Source: Mustelus asterias
Lineage: Eukaryota
Direction: 5' to 3'
Assembly: GCF_964213995.1 (NCBI RefSeq)
Contig: NW_027591173.1
Span: forward strand, 1 to 64,000
DNA length: 64,000 bases
Shown: one piece after another, positions 22,715 to 35,568 of the stretch
Layout: the number at the start of each line of letters is the position of its first letter
Numbering within the stretch: the stretch's first letter is position 1
Made by a program: the position numbers and the translations under genes
Notes under the pieces: generated by a model
What the model was told of the DNA's origin: nothing
What the model saw: the letters and a program-made list of their open reading frames with translations, nothing else
Databases searched by the model: none

Positions 22715-23028
22715 GGCGACACGGTGACACAGTGGTGAGCATTGCTGACTCACATGGCCAGGGTCCTGGGTTCGAATCCCGGCTCGGGTCACTGTCTGTG
22801 TGGAGTTTGCACATTCTCCCCGTGTCTGCGTGGGTTTCCTCCGGTTTCCTTCTCCAGTCCAAAGATGTGTGGGTTAGGTGGATTGGCCATGCTAAATTGC
22901 CCTGAGTGTCAGGGGGGCTAGCTAGGGTAAATGCATGAGGTTATGGGGAGAGGGCCTGGGTGGGATTGTGGTCGGTGCAGACTCAATGGGCCGAATGGAT
23001 TCCTTCTACACTGTCGGGATTCTATGAA
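22715..23028 (+). mobile_element. HE1-type V-SINE
   Basis: gggcgacacggtgacacagtggtgagc...gggttcgaatccc, V-domain, tail. Confidence 0.85.
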
Positions 23029-24337
23029 TATCCAGACCAGAAAGACATTGTTCGGTTTAACTAGTCTGTGCTGGTGTTTATATTTCATACAAGACACCTC
23101 CCATTCCATCTCCCTCATTTCAGCCTTCCAGCTCATCTTTCTAATCTCCTTTCCCTCACGTACTCATCACGTTTTCTTTTTAAATGATGAGTTGTCCAGC
23201 TAGTTCCTGTGGCAGTGAATTTCACATTGTAATCAATCTCTGAGTATAGATGGTGAGTGACTTGGAGGGGAACGTGCAGGTGATGATGTTCCCATGCATT
23301 TGCTGCCCTTCTCCAAGGTGCTGGAGGTTGCGGGTTTGCAAGATGCTGTCAAAGAAGCCTTGGTGAGTGCTTGCAGTGAATCTTGTAGGTGGTACACACA
23401 GCTGCCACGTGAGTCAGTGTTGGAGGGAGTAGATGTTTGTAGAAGGATTGCCAATCAAGCTGCTTTGTCTTGGATGGTGTTGAGCTTCCTGAGTTGTTGG
23501 AGCTGCACTAATTCAGAAAATTGGAGCTTATTCAATTAGACAGAAGAGTTGTGCCTTGTAGATGCTGGACTTTGGGGAGAAAGATTAAACAGACCTTTTA
23601 ATGGAAAATTTACCTGATCTGGCCCAGACACCACGAGGAGATGGAAATGGGATGTGTTCTGATTCTCAATTGAAACCCTACCCAACTGAAAAGGTGAACA
23701 TTGAAGACTCGAACACGGAGAGAGGTATGTCTGTTAGTGTTCTTCAGCAGTGGAAGTGGGGATCAGGATTGTGCTGGAAGAACAGGAGTGATGGTGAAAT
23801 GAGTCAGCAAATAGGGAATGGTTATTTAACCACCAGCTCGGGTTACTGAAGCCTGAATATTGTGGGAGAGAAAAGGCGAGAGTGTTGCAGAGTTTAAAGT
23901 GGAACAAGAGAGTTTTAAGCTGGTGAAGTCAGTGAAATCTGAGTCTCGTCTTTGTCTGCTGTCATTTTACAGAGGCCCCGTTTTGCTGAAAGCAATAGAG
24001 AAAACGTGGAAAATCTCAGCAGGTTTAGCAGCATCTGTCAGGAGAGAAAAGAGCTGATGTTTCGAGTCTGGATGACCCTTTGACAAAGCTTTTTCTCTTT
24101 TGGTTTCAGATTCCAGCATCCGCAGTAATTTGCTTTTATCCCATTTTGCTGAAACTCTTTATTTCCACAGCTACAGAATCAGTGAAAAGACACATTCTTC
24201 ACAGCAGCATCAAACTCACACTGACTGTTTCCTCACTCACCTCGAGGTTATCGATTCACCTCCGGCCTCTTCCGTTCACTCCTGCTTCGGGTGTGGTCTC
24301 AGAATGGGGAGGGGGAGGATTAGTGACCACCTCCCCG

Positions 24338-24457
24338 CACCCCCCTCCCCTCACCCCCCCTCCCCTCACCCCCCCTCCCCTCACCCCCCCTCCCCTCACC
24401 CCCCCTCCCCTCACCCCCCCTCCCCTCACCCCCCCTCCCCTCACCCCCCCTCCCCCC
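24338..24457. repeat. 15-bp C-rich minisatellite (about 7 units), G4-prone on minus strand
   Basis: (cccccctcccctcac)n. Confidence 0.9.
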
Positions 24458-24642
24458 ACAAACACACACACAGAGGAACAACTCAAACACAATCATTAAA
24501 TAAAGCAAACACACGCACGCACACACCAAACGTGTATGTGCTCGCACACAGGTACACACACACACACACGAACTGAAATGCGTGTACACCCACACAGACA
24601 CACACTCACTCATAGACACAAGCGTGCCTGCTCACAGACAAA

Positions 24643-25310
24643 ATCATAGAATTCCTACAGTGCAGAAGAGACCATTCAGCCCTTTGAGTCTGCACTGACT
24701 CTCTGACAGAGCATCTTACCCAGGCCCTATTCCCGTTACCCCATATATTTACCCCACTAATCACCCTGATCCACATATTTTGTGACATAAAGCAGCAATT
24801 TAGCATGGTCAATCCACCTAACCAGCACACTTTGGAGTTTGGGAGGAAACCAGAGCCCCTGGAGGAACCCATGCAGACATGGGGAGAACGTACAAACTCC
24901 ACACAGACACAGGGGCGGCACAATGGGGAGCACTGCTGCCTCACAGCACCAGGGACCTGGGTTCAAATCAAGCCTCAGGTTGTGTGAAGTGTGTGTGAAG
25001 TTTGTGCATTCTCCCCGTGTCTGTGAGGGTTTCCTCCAGTTGCTCCAGTTTCCACCCACACTCCAAAGACGTGCGATTGAGGTGGATTGGCCGTGCTAAA
25101 TTGCCCCTTAGTGTCGGGGATATGATCAGTGTAAATACGTGGGGTTATGGGGATAGGGCCTGGGTGGGGTTGTTGTTGGTGCAGGCTCGGTGGGCCGATT
25201 GGTCTCTTTCTGCACTGTCGGGATTCTATGATTTATCCAAGGCTGGAATCGAACCCAGGGCCCTGGCGCTGTGAGGCAGCAGTGCTAACCACCGTGCCAC
25301 CATGCTGCCC
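24643..25310. mobile_element. Nested V-SINEs: plus copy (about 24912-25230) inside a minus copy
   Basis: Minus SINE tail/body 24643-24910 and head 25235-25310 separated by a complete plus SINE. Confidence 0.8.
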
Positions 25311-25424
25311 AGGTGGGCACACAGACAGCTGCACACACTACACTGTCAATCACCTCCCTCCAGCTGTCAGTGCTGAGGAAGTGAAACCAAGCTCCCCCCC
25401 CTCCTCACTCACTGCTGTGTCAGG

Positions 25425-25600
25425 TGGATAGTAAAATCCCACGACCACTACTGGATGGAGCGAAGGAGAGCTCCCGCTGGTTTCAGAGGGTCGATCTTTA
25501 TCCTTCAAACAGCCTAACATTTGGTGGTTATCCGACAGGTTGTGGGATCTTGCTGTGTGCAGTGCCTGCCGGGTTTCCCAGGTGAACAGCAGTGACTGTG
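25425..25600 (+). mobile_element. Ancient Deu-domain SINE relic (AmnSINE1/SacSINE1-like)
   Basis: gtaaaatcccacgaccacta...tgtgggatcttgctgtgtgc...aacagcagtgact resembles the Deu domain as recalled; further relic at about 53930-53998. Confidence 0.5.
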
Positions 25601-26230
25601 TTTCGGAAACAGGAAGCTGCTGTGTTGATTCAGAGCGGACTGGGACAACCCAGAACAAGCACAGGAGCTAAATCACTCCCTCCTTTCGATGTTCCCGCCT
25701 GCCGTTCTGTAGGAAGAGATGGTGACTGCACAGCAAGATCCCACAAGGCACGATGCAACACACAGCCAGGGAACTTAATTTCAGAGACGATTTGAGGGAC
25801 CCCTGGGAGAACCTGTTACAGCAGCTCGAATCTCAGGAACAGGTTACACAAATCTGTGACCTTCTGACCTGGGTGAGAGAGAGAATGAGAGGCACCAGGA
25901 TAAGCCTGGAATGACTGATCCAGGAACTTCCAGTCCCATCGTCAACTCCAACAGGTCCCTTATCCGAGGCTCAGCAAAGGGGGTCAACATGACAAACAAC
26001 TGAATCCCCAGTGAAAAAATACACAGTCCCTGCTGTCAATATCTCCGGCCATTCCACATCGGTCACAGGTACACGGGCCAATGTCTATCTCTGTGTGCGT
26101 GGGGGGCAGTGATGGGAGGGCATGTTACCTACAGAAAGCCTGGTCCCAGGTTAGCCAGACGGCAGGTTATGTCCGGTGTCGATCGTCCTCGGGCCGTGTC
26201 TCAGTGAGCGACAGGAGGAGAGTGGGACCA

Positions 26231-26266
26231 TCACAGGACCAGGCCCCCGCCCGTGTACTCCACTCT
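26231..26266 (-). CDS. EMC4: EMC4 exon 5 (RVEYTGGGLVL*)
   Basis: Acceptor ctttcacacag; matches EMC4 C-terminus RMEFSGGGLLL; TGA. Confidence 0.88.
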   Translation of the reverse strand, partial: RVEYTGGGLVL

Positions 26267-26356
26267 CTGTGTGAAAGGAGAAGGTGGTAAGAATCGGAGT
26301 GGGAATAGCTTCTGTCGCGCCTGCTCCACTATTCATCATCAACCTCATCTCCACTT

Positions 26357-26760
26357 TCCCCGCACTCCTTCCCATCCCTTAATTCCCAAAGATATCTCCA
26401 CTTTCCCTGCACTCCTCCCCATCCCTCAATTCCCAAAGATATCCCCACTTTCCCCACACTCCTCCCCATGCCTCAGTTCCCAAAGATATCCCCACTTTCC
26501 CCGCAGTCTTCCCTCATCCTCCAATTCCCAAAGATATCCCACTTTCCCCGCACTCCTTCCCATCCCTCAATTCCCAAAGATATCTCCACTTTCCGCACAC
26601 TCCTCCCCATTCTTCAATTCCCAAAGATATCTCCACTTTACCCAGTCTTCCCCCATCCCTCAATTCCCAAAGATATCCCCACTTTCCCCACACTCTTCCT
26701 TCTATCTCTCAATTCCCAAAGATATCCCCACTTTCACTGCACTCCTCCCCCATCCCTCAT
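26357..26760. repeat. About 47-bp minisatellite (about 8-9 units) in EMC4 intron 4
   Basis: cccaaagatatccccactttccccgcactcctccccatccctcaatt. Confidence 0.88.
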
Positions 26761-27108
26761 TTGTTTTTGTTCAATTGTGGGATATGGGCGTCTCTGACTG
26801 GCCAGTATTTATTGCCCATCCCTAGTTACCCGAGGGCTGTTGAGAGTCAACCACGTTGCTGTAGCTCTGGAGTCACATGTAGGCCAGACCAGGTAAGGGC
26901 GGCAGATTTCCTGTGGTTGACTCTCAACTGCCCTTCAAGGGCAACGAGGGATGGACAATAAATGCTGATCGGCCAGTGATGCCCATGTCCCACGAATGAA
27001 TAAAAAGAATTGGGCCCAATCTACTCAACCTCTCAGGCTCCACAGCCCTGAATGGTTTCCTCTTCCTATTTTCCTGGCTCCCCCTCACATACAGAGTGCG
27101 GATCTCAC

Positions 27109-27269
27109 CTGGGGTGGCTGGATGAATGCCAGCCAGTCAGCGGCATGTGTGGGCAGCAGCCCCATTGCCTGGCACTTGTAGATGGCCAGGGCCAACCCCA
27201 GCAGGTTGCCGATGAAGTAGATGAGACGCTGCAGCCAGTGCTGATTCGAATTCCCCAGGACCCTAAAGA
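27109..27269 (-). CDS. EMC4: EMC4 exon 4
   Basis: 161 nt, AG...GT; [53 protein letters not shown]. Confidence 0.93.
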
Positions 27270-27436
27270 CTGAGAGCGAGAATGGAAAAGCAGGAAGTTC
27301 AGGAACATGTGAGAGCCTTCCCTCATAACACAGCCCATCCATTTTAGGTATTAGTCTGGTAAACCGTCTCTGAACTGTCTCCAGCATACTTGAACATACT
27401 TGATATCCAGCATACTTGAACACTTCCTTAACACAA

Positions 27437-27785
27437 GGGGCGGCACGGTAGCACAGTGGTTAGCACTGCTGCATCACAGCTCCAGGGACCTGGGTTCAAT
27501 TCCTGGCTTGGGTCACTGTCTGTGTGGAGTTTGCACATTCTCCTCGTGTCTGCGTGGGTTTCCTCCGGGTGCTCCGGTTTCCTCCCACAGTCCAAAGATG
27601 TGCGGGTTAGGTTGATTGGCCAGGTTAAAAAGAAAATTGCCCCTTAGAGTCCTGAGATGTGTAGGTTAGAGGGATTAGCGGGTAAATATGTGGGGGTAGG
27701 GCCTGGGTGGGATTATGGTTGGTGCAGACTCGATAGGCCAAATGGCCTCCTTCTGCACTGTAGGGTTTCTATGATTTCTATGATT
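27437..27785 (+). mobile_element. HE1-type V-SINE inserted in an older minus-strand CR1
   Basis: Full-length SINE; older CR1 pieces at about 27310-27430, 27790-27980, 28835-29090. Confidence 0.85.
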
Positions 27786-27980
27786 AAATAAGGTGACCAA
27801 TACTGCACACAGTACTCCAGATGTGGTCTCACTAGTGACCTGTACAACTGAAGCATAACCTCCCTAGTTCTGTATTTAATTCCCATCACAATGAATGATA
27901 ACATTCTATTAGTTTTCCTCATTACTTGCTGTACCTGCATATTAGCCTTTTGTGATTTATGCACTCAGACACCCAGATCT

Positions 27981-28832
27981 TGATCAATTGGGCCAGTGGG
28001 CTGACGAATAGCAGATGAAGTTTAATTTAGACAAATGCGAGGTGATGCATTTTGGTAGATTGAACCAGGGCAGGACTTACTCAGTTAATGGTAGGGCGTT
28101 GGGGAGAGTTACAGAACAAAGAGATCTAGGGGCACATGTTCATAGCTCCTTGAAAGTGGAGTCACAGGTGGACAGAGTGGTGAAGAAGGCATTCGGCATG
28201 CTTGGTTTCATCGGTCAGAACATTGAATACAGGAGTTGGAATGTCTTGTTGAAGTTTTACAAGACATTGGTAAGGCCGCACTTGCAATACTGTGTGCAGT
28301 TCCTATTATAGAAAGGATATTATTAAACTAGAAAGAGTGCAGAAAAGATTTACCAGGATGCTACCGGGACTTGATGGATTGAGTTATAAGGAGAGGCTGG
28401 ATAGACTGGGACGTTTTTCTCTGGAGCGTAGGAGGCTGAGGTATGATCTTCTAGAGGTCTATAAAATAATGAGGGGGCACAGATCAACTAGATAGTCAAT
28501 ATCTTTTCCCAAAGGTAGGGGAGTCTAAAACTGGAGGGCATAGGTTTAAGGTGAGAGGGGAGAGATACAAAAGTGTCCAGAGGGGCAGTTTTTTCACACA
28601 GAGGGTGGTGAGTGTCTGGAACAAGCTGCCAGAGGTAGTAGCAGAGGCAGGTACAATTTTGTCTTTTAAAAAGCATTTAGATAGTTACATGGGTACGATG
28701 GGTTTAGAGGGATATGGGCCAAATGCGGGCAATTGGGATTAGGTTCGGGGTTTTAAAAAAGAAAGGGCGGCATGGACAAGTTGGGCCGAAGGGCCTGTTT
28801 TCATGCTGTAAACCTCTATGACTCTCTGACTC
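27981..28832 (+). mobile_element. CR1 LINE 3' fragment
   Basis: KFNLDKCEVMHFG...RPHLQYCVQF...; tail ctctatgactct. Confidence 0.88.
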
Positions 28833-29274
28833 AATCCCTCTGAATCTCTGAGCTCTGCAATCTCTCAAAATTTAGACAAAATGCTTATTTTTCATTCTTC
28901 CTGCCGAAATGGACAATCTCACATTTGCCCACATTCTACTCCATTTGCCAGATATTTCCCCACTCACTTAACCTTTCTATCTTTCTGTACTCTCTGTATG
29001 TCCTCTTCACAACTTACTTTCCCATATATCTGTGTGTCATCGGCAAATTTGCCAAACATCCCTTCATCCAGTCATTCATATAAATTTCATTCCTTGCCTC
29101 AAATTTGATTCCTTTTCCACTATTTAGTTTGAAACCGTCTCTATTTTCCTCATCATGGGGTTCACAAGAACACCGGCCCCAGCACAGTTCAGATGTAGAC
29201 TGTCCCAATGGTACAGATCCACTTTACCCAGTACTGCTGTCAGTGTCCCATGAACCAGAACCCACCTCCCACAC

Positions 29275-29885
29275 CAGTTAGGGCAGCACAGTGGCACGTA
29301 CTGCTGCCTCACAACACCAGGGACTCGGTTCTATACTGGCTTAGAATCCCTACAATTCAGAAGGAGGCCATTCAGCCCATCGCTTCTGCACCGACCATAA
29401 TCCCACCCAGGCCCTATCCCTGTAACACAACGTATTTACTCTGTTAATCCCCCTGACACTATGGGAGAACTTACCATAGCCAATCAATTTAACCCGCACA
29501 TCTTTGAACTGTGGGAGGAAACCGGAGGACCCGGAGATAGACAGAGAACATGAAAACTCCACACACACAGTCACTCGACGCCGGAATTGAACCTGGGTCC
29601 CTGGCGCTGTGAGGCAGCAGTGCTAACCACTGTGCCACCGTACCGCCCCTTGGGTCACTATCTGTGCAGAGTTTGCACGTTCACCCCGTATCTGTGTGGG
29701 TTTTCTCCGGGTGCTCCGGTTTTCTCCCAGTCTGAAAGATGTGCTGGTTAGGTGCACTGGCCACGCTAAATTCTCCCTCAGTGTAACCCGAACACGTACT
29801 GGAGTGTGGCGACTCGGGGATTCTCACAGTAACTTCATTGCAGTGTTAACGTGAGCCTACTTGTGACACTAATAAATAAACTTTA
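29275..29885. mobile_element. Alternative-tail V-SINE (plus) interrupted by an HE1-type SINE (minus, 29342-29650)
   Basis: Head 29278-29330, body and tail 29651-29885. Confidence 0.78.
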
Positions 29886-29889
29886 ATGC

Positions 29890-30640
29890 AGCCTTTCAGT
29901 CACGCATTCATCCCTCCGTTCTGGTCTGTCCTATACCTATTAGCATGTGGCTCAGGTAATAATTCAGAGATTATAACCATTGAGGTTCTGCTTCTTAATT
30001 TAGTGCTTAGGTCCTCATATCGACACTGAAAACCTCCTTCTTTATCTCTGTTGTTCATACCTACATTGACGAGGACAACTGGAAGCTTCCCCTCTCCACT
30101 GAAAGTTCTTCTCCAGCCCTGATCAGATGTCCTGAGCCCCGGCCCCAGACAGGCACCACAGCTGCCTTGATTCACATTCTTTGCTGCAGAGAATGTGTCA
30201 ATCCCTCTGACTATACTGTCCCCCATTATCACTGCATTCCTTTTTGCTCCCCTCACTAGAATGGTTTCCTTACCACAGTGCCATGGTCAATTGGCTCATC
30301 CATCCTGCAGCTCCCACTCATCCAAACAAGCTGAAAATACCTCAAACTGGCTGGACAATGGTAAAGGCTCCTGTCTGTGAGTTCCCTAATCTGTCTCACT
30401 CTCCTGTTCCTGACCACTGACCAAATCAGCAGACCCTGGGCCAAGAGGTGTGACTGCTCCCTGATACAAAGAATCCAGGTAACCTTCCCCCTCCCTGATG
30501 CATTGCAGTGTCTGTAGTTCAGCCTCCAGCTCATAAACTCTGAACCAGAGCTGCTTGAACTTCACTTACTGCAGACATGGTTGCCCTGGATCAAACTGAC
30601 AGCCAGGAGCTCCCACACGCTGCAGCTGTGACACATCACC
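29890..30640 (-). mobile_element. CR1 ORF1 (SGNH esterase-like) fragment
   Basis: VIMGDSIVRG motif, VLVNVGMNN, VIISELLPEP; continues at about 29124-29275. Confidence 0.72.
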
Positions 30641-31008
30641 TGTTCGCATGTGTGCGAATAAACTGTTCAATTATTTTACCCAATTACATATTTTATTTTT
30701 GTTTTCAAGTATTTTAGTTTTTAAGTATTTTATTAACCTTACCACCAGTTGCTGTATTATTTTAATCCTTAAGAATAGAATAAACCTTCGTCACTTAGCA
30801 GATCCTCACCAAAAATCTAGCTTCTTCTCCTGTAGAAGAGTAAGATCACTTCCTGACGGCTGAGAAAGTTAGAAAGCAAAACAGCACCTCTTTCCCTTCC
30901 TTCTCTAACTCCCTTAATTACCCAACTCCCAGAACTCTATTCTAAGCTGCATTCAAGTGATGCCGGTTCAGAGCTGTTTCTGAGCTGCAGATTCAATATA
31001 GTACTCAC

Positions 31009-31162
31009 TTGCAGACATGGACATCAAGGCCTGTATGGGTCTCCAGGCCATCATGCACACCATCATGATAGGGAGGATGGAGATGGTGTTGCCAGCCATG
31101 TACATGGTGAACAGATTCATGGGCAGCTGTTTCAATGGGCCCAAGGCGATGTCCCAGCAGCG
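31009..31162 (-). CDS. EMC4: EMC4 exon 3
   Basis: 154 nt, ttttcag / gtgagt; [51 protein letters not shown]. Confidence 0.95.
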
Positions 31163-31376
31163 CTGAAAACAGAAAGTGAGCAGGGTATCAGTAAAGAGAG
31201 ACGGTTTGGGGAGGTCATATGCTGATCTTATACCCGGGCCTGGAAGTTAGGATGATGATTAACACAACAAGTCCCTTTAACACACAGGCTGCTGTGGTTC
31301 ACCAAGGTACTTCACCATCATGGACAAACCAGACGTTGTCAGCCACACACTAAAGACACATTCAAATCCAACTTAC

Positions 31377-31488
31377 TTTCTCAACCAGGATCCGGTCTGT
31401 TACTTGGACGCAGATGTCCGGTAGCTGTTTGTCCGAATATGTGACTGGACACATGGAGTCTCTGTGGCCACAATGTTGATCACAGCTC
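31377..31488 (-). CDS. EMC4: EMC4 exon 2
   Basis: 112 nt, ctcacag / gtaagt; ...[28 protein letters not shown]. Confidence 0.92.
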
Positions 31489-32139
31489 CTGTGAGAAACA
31501 GAAAACACAAATTGGTCACCCTTTCAAGACCTTCTTTCAAGAGGGAGTCTCTCTGTTGAGGACCCCAATGTGGTGGCAACAGTGTCAGCATGAACTAAAG
31601 CTTGGGCAAACCTCAGACACACACTGCCATTGCGTGTACCAAACTGCCAGGGGAATGGAGGGATGCAGAAGTGGATTAGTGTCAATTGATAATCAGGGTG
31701 CCAATCCGCTTGCCCTCCATTGAGGGACAAAGCGACAAATCACCAGATGTACCAAATTGTATCTCAAAAACAAACACTGCGGGATATTGAGAGAGATCCA
31801 GTTCAGCACCCGGCCCTGGAAACGAGCAATCGTTCCTCCAACCACCACCGCAGTTGGCACCTGATCAGGTGGAGGGGCTGAAACCAAAAGGGCATCTCAG
31901 GGTCATGACCTGGGGAAAAGATGCCAAGTGGGGTCTGAGTGGTTTCTGGGGGATTTGAGGGGCTGCTTTGTGCTGAGATGCTCGGTGAGGGGTAAAAGAG
32001 GCGCGAAAAACCCGGGTTGGGAAGTTTTGGGTTGGTTCCACATCCCCGGGTCATTGTGCGGTGGCCTCCCCTCGGGAGAGGCGGGCTGACCCGGCTTGCC
32101 TCCTACTCGAGCCCCCGGCTCCCCGCGCGGCCTCCGCAC

Positions 32140-32219
32140 CTGCTGCTACCGCTCAGGTTGAGCTCGAGGGTCCACTTGTGCCAGCGCGCGCGGTTGACAA
32201 GCCCCGCCCCTGCAGCCAT
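32140..32219 (-). CDS. EMC4: EMC4 exon 1 (ER membrane protein complex subunit 4; spliced CDS 543 nt, 180 aa)
   Basis: MAAGAGLVNRARWHKWTLELNLSGSS, donor gtgcgg; all five exon phases join in frame. Confidence 0.88.
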
Positions 32220-32470
32220 GACAACGCCGCCGACCGTTAACCGTCCCCCCTTTTCAAATCTGATTCCGATCCGAGGAAGAACCCGCGCGCTTCCGTCAAC
32301 AAACCACTCCCGCTGCAATGCGCATGTGCGGTCCCAACCTCCTCAGCTCTGTTTACGCCGCCCATTGCCCCGCCCCCACAACTCCGCCATGTTTATTAGG
32401 GGCACATCGGTTCCGACTCGATCCACTCTCCGGCCAAATGGAGCGTCTCTGACCCGCACAAAGATGGACA
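32220..32470 (-). promoter_or_regulatory. EMC4 CpG-island promoter
   Basis: tgcgcatgtgcg (NRF1-like), ccccgcccc, ccgccatgtt (YY1-like), cttccg. Confidence 0.65.
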
Positions 32471-32804
32471 CCACTCAATATCAGAGATTTATAATATTGC
32501 TTCCTTAATTCCCTCACGAAAATGTCTTACACCGTATAAAACATCAATAAAACCTAAAGGACCAGATTATCCTTCTCATTCTGCAACCAAAACCAATTCA
32601 ATGTTACTGGGTTTCTCCACAGATACTGCCAGACCTGCTGATGTTATCCATCATTTTCTGTTTTTATTTCACATTTCTGCAGTATTTTACATTCTGCCTC
32701 GAAGGGCTGATCCTTCCAACCAAGTTACAACGGACAGAACAATATAACATTGTGGCTTCCTCCAAGTATGAGAACTGAAGGGTGGACAATTTGCATGTAT
32801 TAGT

Positions 32805-33100
32805 TAAAGTAAAGTTTATATTAGTCACAAGTCGGCTGAGATTAACACTGCAATGAAGTTACTGTGAAAATCCCCCAGTACTCACAGTCCGGCACCTGTT
32901 CGGGTGCACTGAGGGAGAATTTAGCATAGCCAATGCACCTAACCAGCACATCTATCGGACTGTGGGAGGAAACCGGCGCACTCGGAGGAAACCCACGCAG
33001 ACACGGGGAGAACGTGCAGACTGCGCACAGACAGTGACCCAAGCTGGGTATCAAACCCAGGTCCCTGGCGCTGTGAGGCAGTAACGCTAACCACTGTGCC
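32805..33100 (-). mobile_element. V-SINE with alternative tail
   Basis: Reverse complement of head, V-domain and ...cagtaacttcattgcagtgttaat tail. Confidence 0.82.
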
Positions 33101-33346
33101 AAGGTTGATTAGAATCACAATATCACTGATGTAACCTAGTGATGCCAATGAAATAATGACAGTCATCTCATTGATGAGAGACAGTTTGATCTTCAATTAA
33201 TTTGAAATAAGTTGTCATATGGAAAGAATACAGGTGTTGAATATAAATGAAGAGTTCAGTTTATTTTGCTCACTCTGACGAATCAGGCTGAACCTTCTAC
33301 TGAGGACATACAAGGAGAAGATTTTGTCTTGTCATCCTGTTACTGA

Positions 33347-34240
33347 CAAAGAACAAAGAGAACAAAGAACAGTACAGCACAGGAAACAGGCCCTTCGGCC
33401 CTCCAAGCCTGTGCCGCTCCTTGGTCCAACTAGACCAATCGTTTGTATCCCTCCATTCCCAGGCTGCTCATGTGACTATCCAGGTAAGTCTTAAACGATG
33501 TCAGCATGCCTGCCTCCACCACCCTACTTGGCAGCGCATTCCAGGTCCCCACCACCCTCTGTGTAAAAAACATCCCTCTAATATCTGAGTTATACTTCGC
33601 CCCTCTCAGCTTGAGCCCGTGACCCCTCGTGAACGTCACTTCTGATCTGGGAAAAAGCTTCCCACCGTTCACCCTATCTATCCCCTTCATAATCTTGTAC
33701 ACCTCTATTAGATCTCCCCTCATTCTCCGTCTTTCCAGGGAGAACAACCCCAGTTTACCCAATCTCTCCTCATAGCTAAGACCCTCCATACCAGGCAACA
33801 TCCTGGTAAACCTTCTCTGCACTCTCTCTAACGCCTCCACGTCCTTCTGGTAGTGCGGCGACCAGAACTGGATGCAGTACTCCAAATGTGGCCTAACCAG
33901 CATTCTATACAGCTGCATCATCAGACTCCAGCTTTTATACTCTATACCCCGTCCTATAAAGGCAAGTATACCATATGCCTTCTTCACCACCTTCTCCACC
34001 TGTGTTGCCACCTTCAAGGATTTGTGGACTTGCACACCTAGGTCCCTCTGTGTTTCTATACTCCTGATGACTCTGCCATTTATTGTATAACTCCTCCCTA
34101 CATTATTTCTTCCAAAATGCATCACTTCGCATTTATCCGGATTAAACTCCATCTGCCACCTCTCCGCCCAATTTTCCACCTATCTATATCCTGCTGTATT
34201 GCCCGACAATGCTCTTCGCTATCCGCAAGTCCAGCCATCT
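33347..34240 (-). mobile_element. CR1 LINE 3' fragment
   Basis: 249-aa open ORF2 C-terminus; tail (gttcttt)n. Confidence 0.9.
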
Positions 34241-34779
34241 TGACATATTAAATAGAGCAGGAAAATACATGGGCATTGAATGGAATCTGACTTCTCCAAC
34301 TGGACTCAATGGGAGCTGTCTTGAGAACACATTGTCTGGACACTATTTTCAATAAAATACTGGAACTCTGCATATCTCCCTGCACAGCACATTTCTCCAT
34401 TCAGCTTGTTCCATTTTTGTACATGGTTCCCTCTGATTCCTGTCTCTGTGTCTCTCAGCCCGCAGTAATTTACCGTGCTGTCAGACAGCAGCTCGTGGAT
34501 GGTTCCTCACTTTTCAAACTGTCGAATGATGCAGAAAATTAAGTCCCCATACCCTCTGCTCTAAAAACACTTCCATAATTAGGGATGCGGATGAAGAAGT
34601 TAGGAGCTTTATCCTGGACTTGATGGTACAGCACTAAGGAATATGAACGAGCTGTGCTCGAAAAACTCTAATTAATGGTAACTGAATCTCCCTCACACTG
34701 TGTCATTGTAACTGACTCCTGTGAGACACGGACACTAAAACTGATTTATTTTACATATTCTGATATATCCTGACCATTG

Positions 34780-34985
34780 ATTAACTGTAAATAGCTACTG
34801 AACCTTGGGGAGGAAAGTGTGCAGGTGACTTTCTCCCTCTCTGATGCCCCACCATGACAGCAGCTCAGACTCCAGCTCAATAACCCTGAGCACAGATTCT
34901 GCCAGCTGCAGACACTCGCCACAGGTATGATTGTCCAGGTTTGCACAAACTCTCACATGCTGCAGTTCTAGCACACCACCTGCCC
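34780..34985 (-). mobile_element. CR1 ORF1 N-terminal remnant
   Basis: HTCGECLQLAESVLRVIELESEL (Zn-knuckle plus coiled coil typical of CR1 ORF1). Confidence 0.5.
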
Positions 34986-35061
34986 TGTGAAGAACATCAA
35001 ACTCCTGTCCAGTTACAGGAGAAATAAAAAAAGGATTAACAACAGCATTCAACCCCTGCAG

Positions 35062-35568
35062 TTACACATGAACTCGCTGGTGTCTCAGCAGGTTGGATGA
35101 CCGATTGAATCCCTTCCCACACTCTGAGCAGGTGAACGGCCTCTCCCCATTATGCGTGTGTTGGTGTGTCTGGAGATTGGATGATTGAGTGAACTGCTTC
35201 CCACACACACAGCACCTGAACATTCTTGCCCCAGTGTGAACTCGCTGGTGTTGAATAAGATGAGATGATTGTCTGAATCTCTTTTCACAGTGAGGACAGC
35301 TGAATGGTCTCTTGTCAGTGTGAACAAGCTGGTGTTTCATTAGATCCGGAGAGGTTTTAAAGCAATCCCCATAGTAAAAGCATTTATATGGTCTCTTGTC
35401 ACTGTGAACTCTCTGGTGTGACCCTAGGCTGGATGACTTTGTGAATCCCTTCCCACATGTGGAGCAGATGAACGGTCTCTCTCCAGTGTGAGCACGTCGA
35501 TGGGTTTCCAGCTGGGATGGGTAACTGAATCCCTTCCCACAGTCCCCACATTTCCATGGTTTATCCAT
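35062..35568 (-). CDS. C2H2 zinc-finger protein, 6 fingers (third degenerate)
   Basis: [10 protein letters not shown]...HQRVHV; finger 3 CFYY lacks second Cys; acceptor cassette at about 35920-35990. Confidence 0.82.
   Translation of the reverse strand: MDKPWKCGDCGKGFSYPSQLETHRRAHTGERPFICSTCGKGFTKSSSLGSHQRVHSDKRPYKCFYYGDCFKTSPDLMKHQLVHTDKRPFSCPHCEKRFRQSSHLIQHQRVHTGARMFRCCVCGKQFTQSSNLQTHQHTHNGERPFTCSECGKGFNRSSNLLRHQRVHV

Noticed and set aside
24080-24619. Proline-rich or RGG-rich ORFs
   Set aside because: Translation of a C-rich minisatellite and CA repeats
26253-26825. 190-aa repetitive ORF
   Set aside because: Translation of the 47-bp minisatellite in EMC4 intron 4
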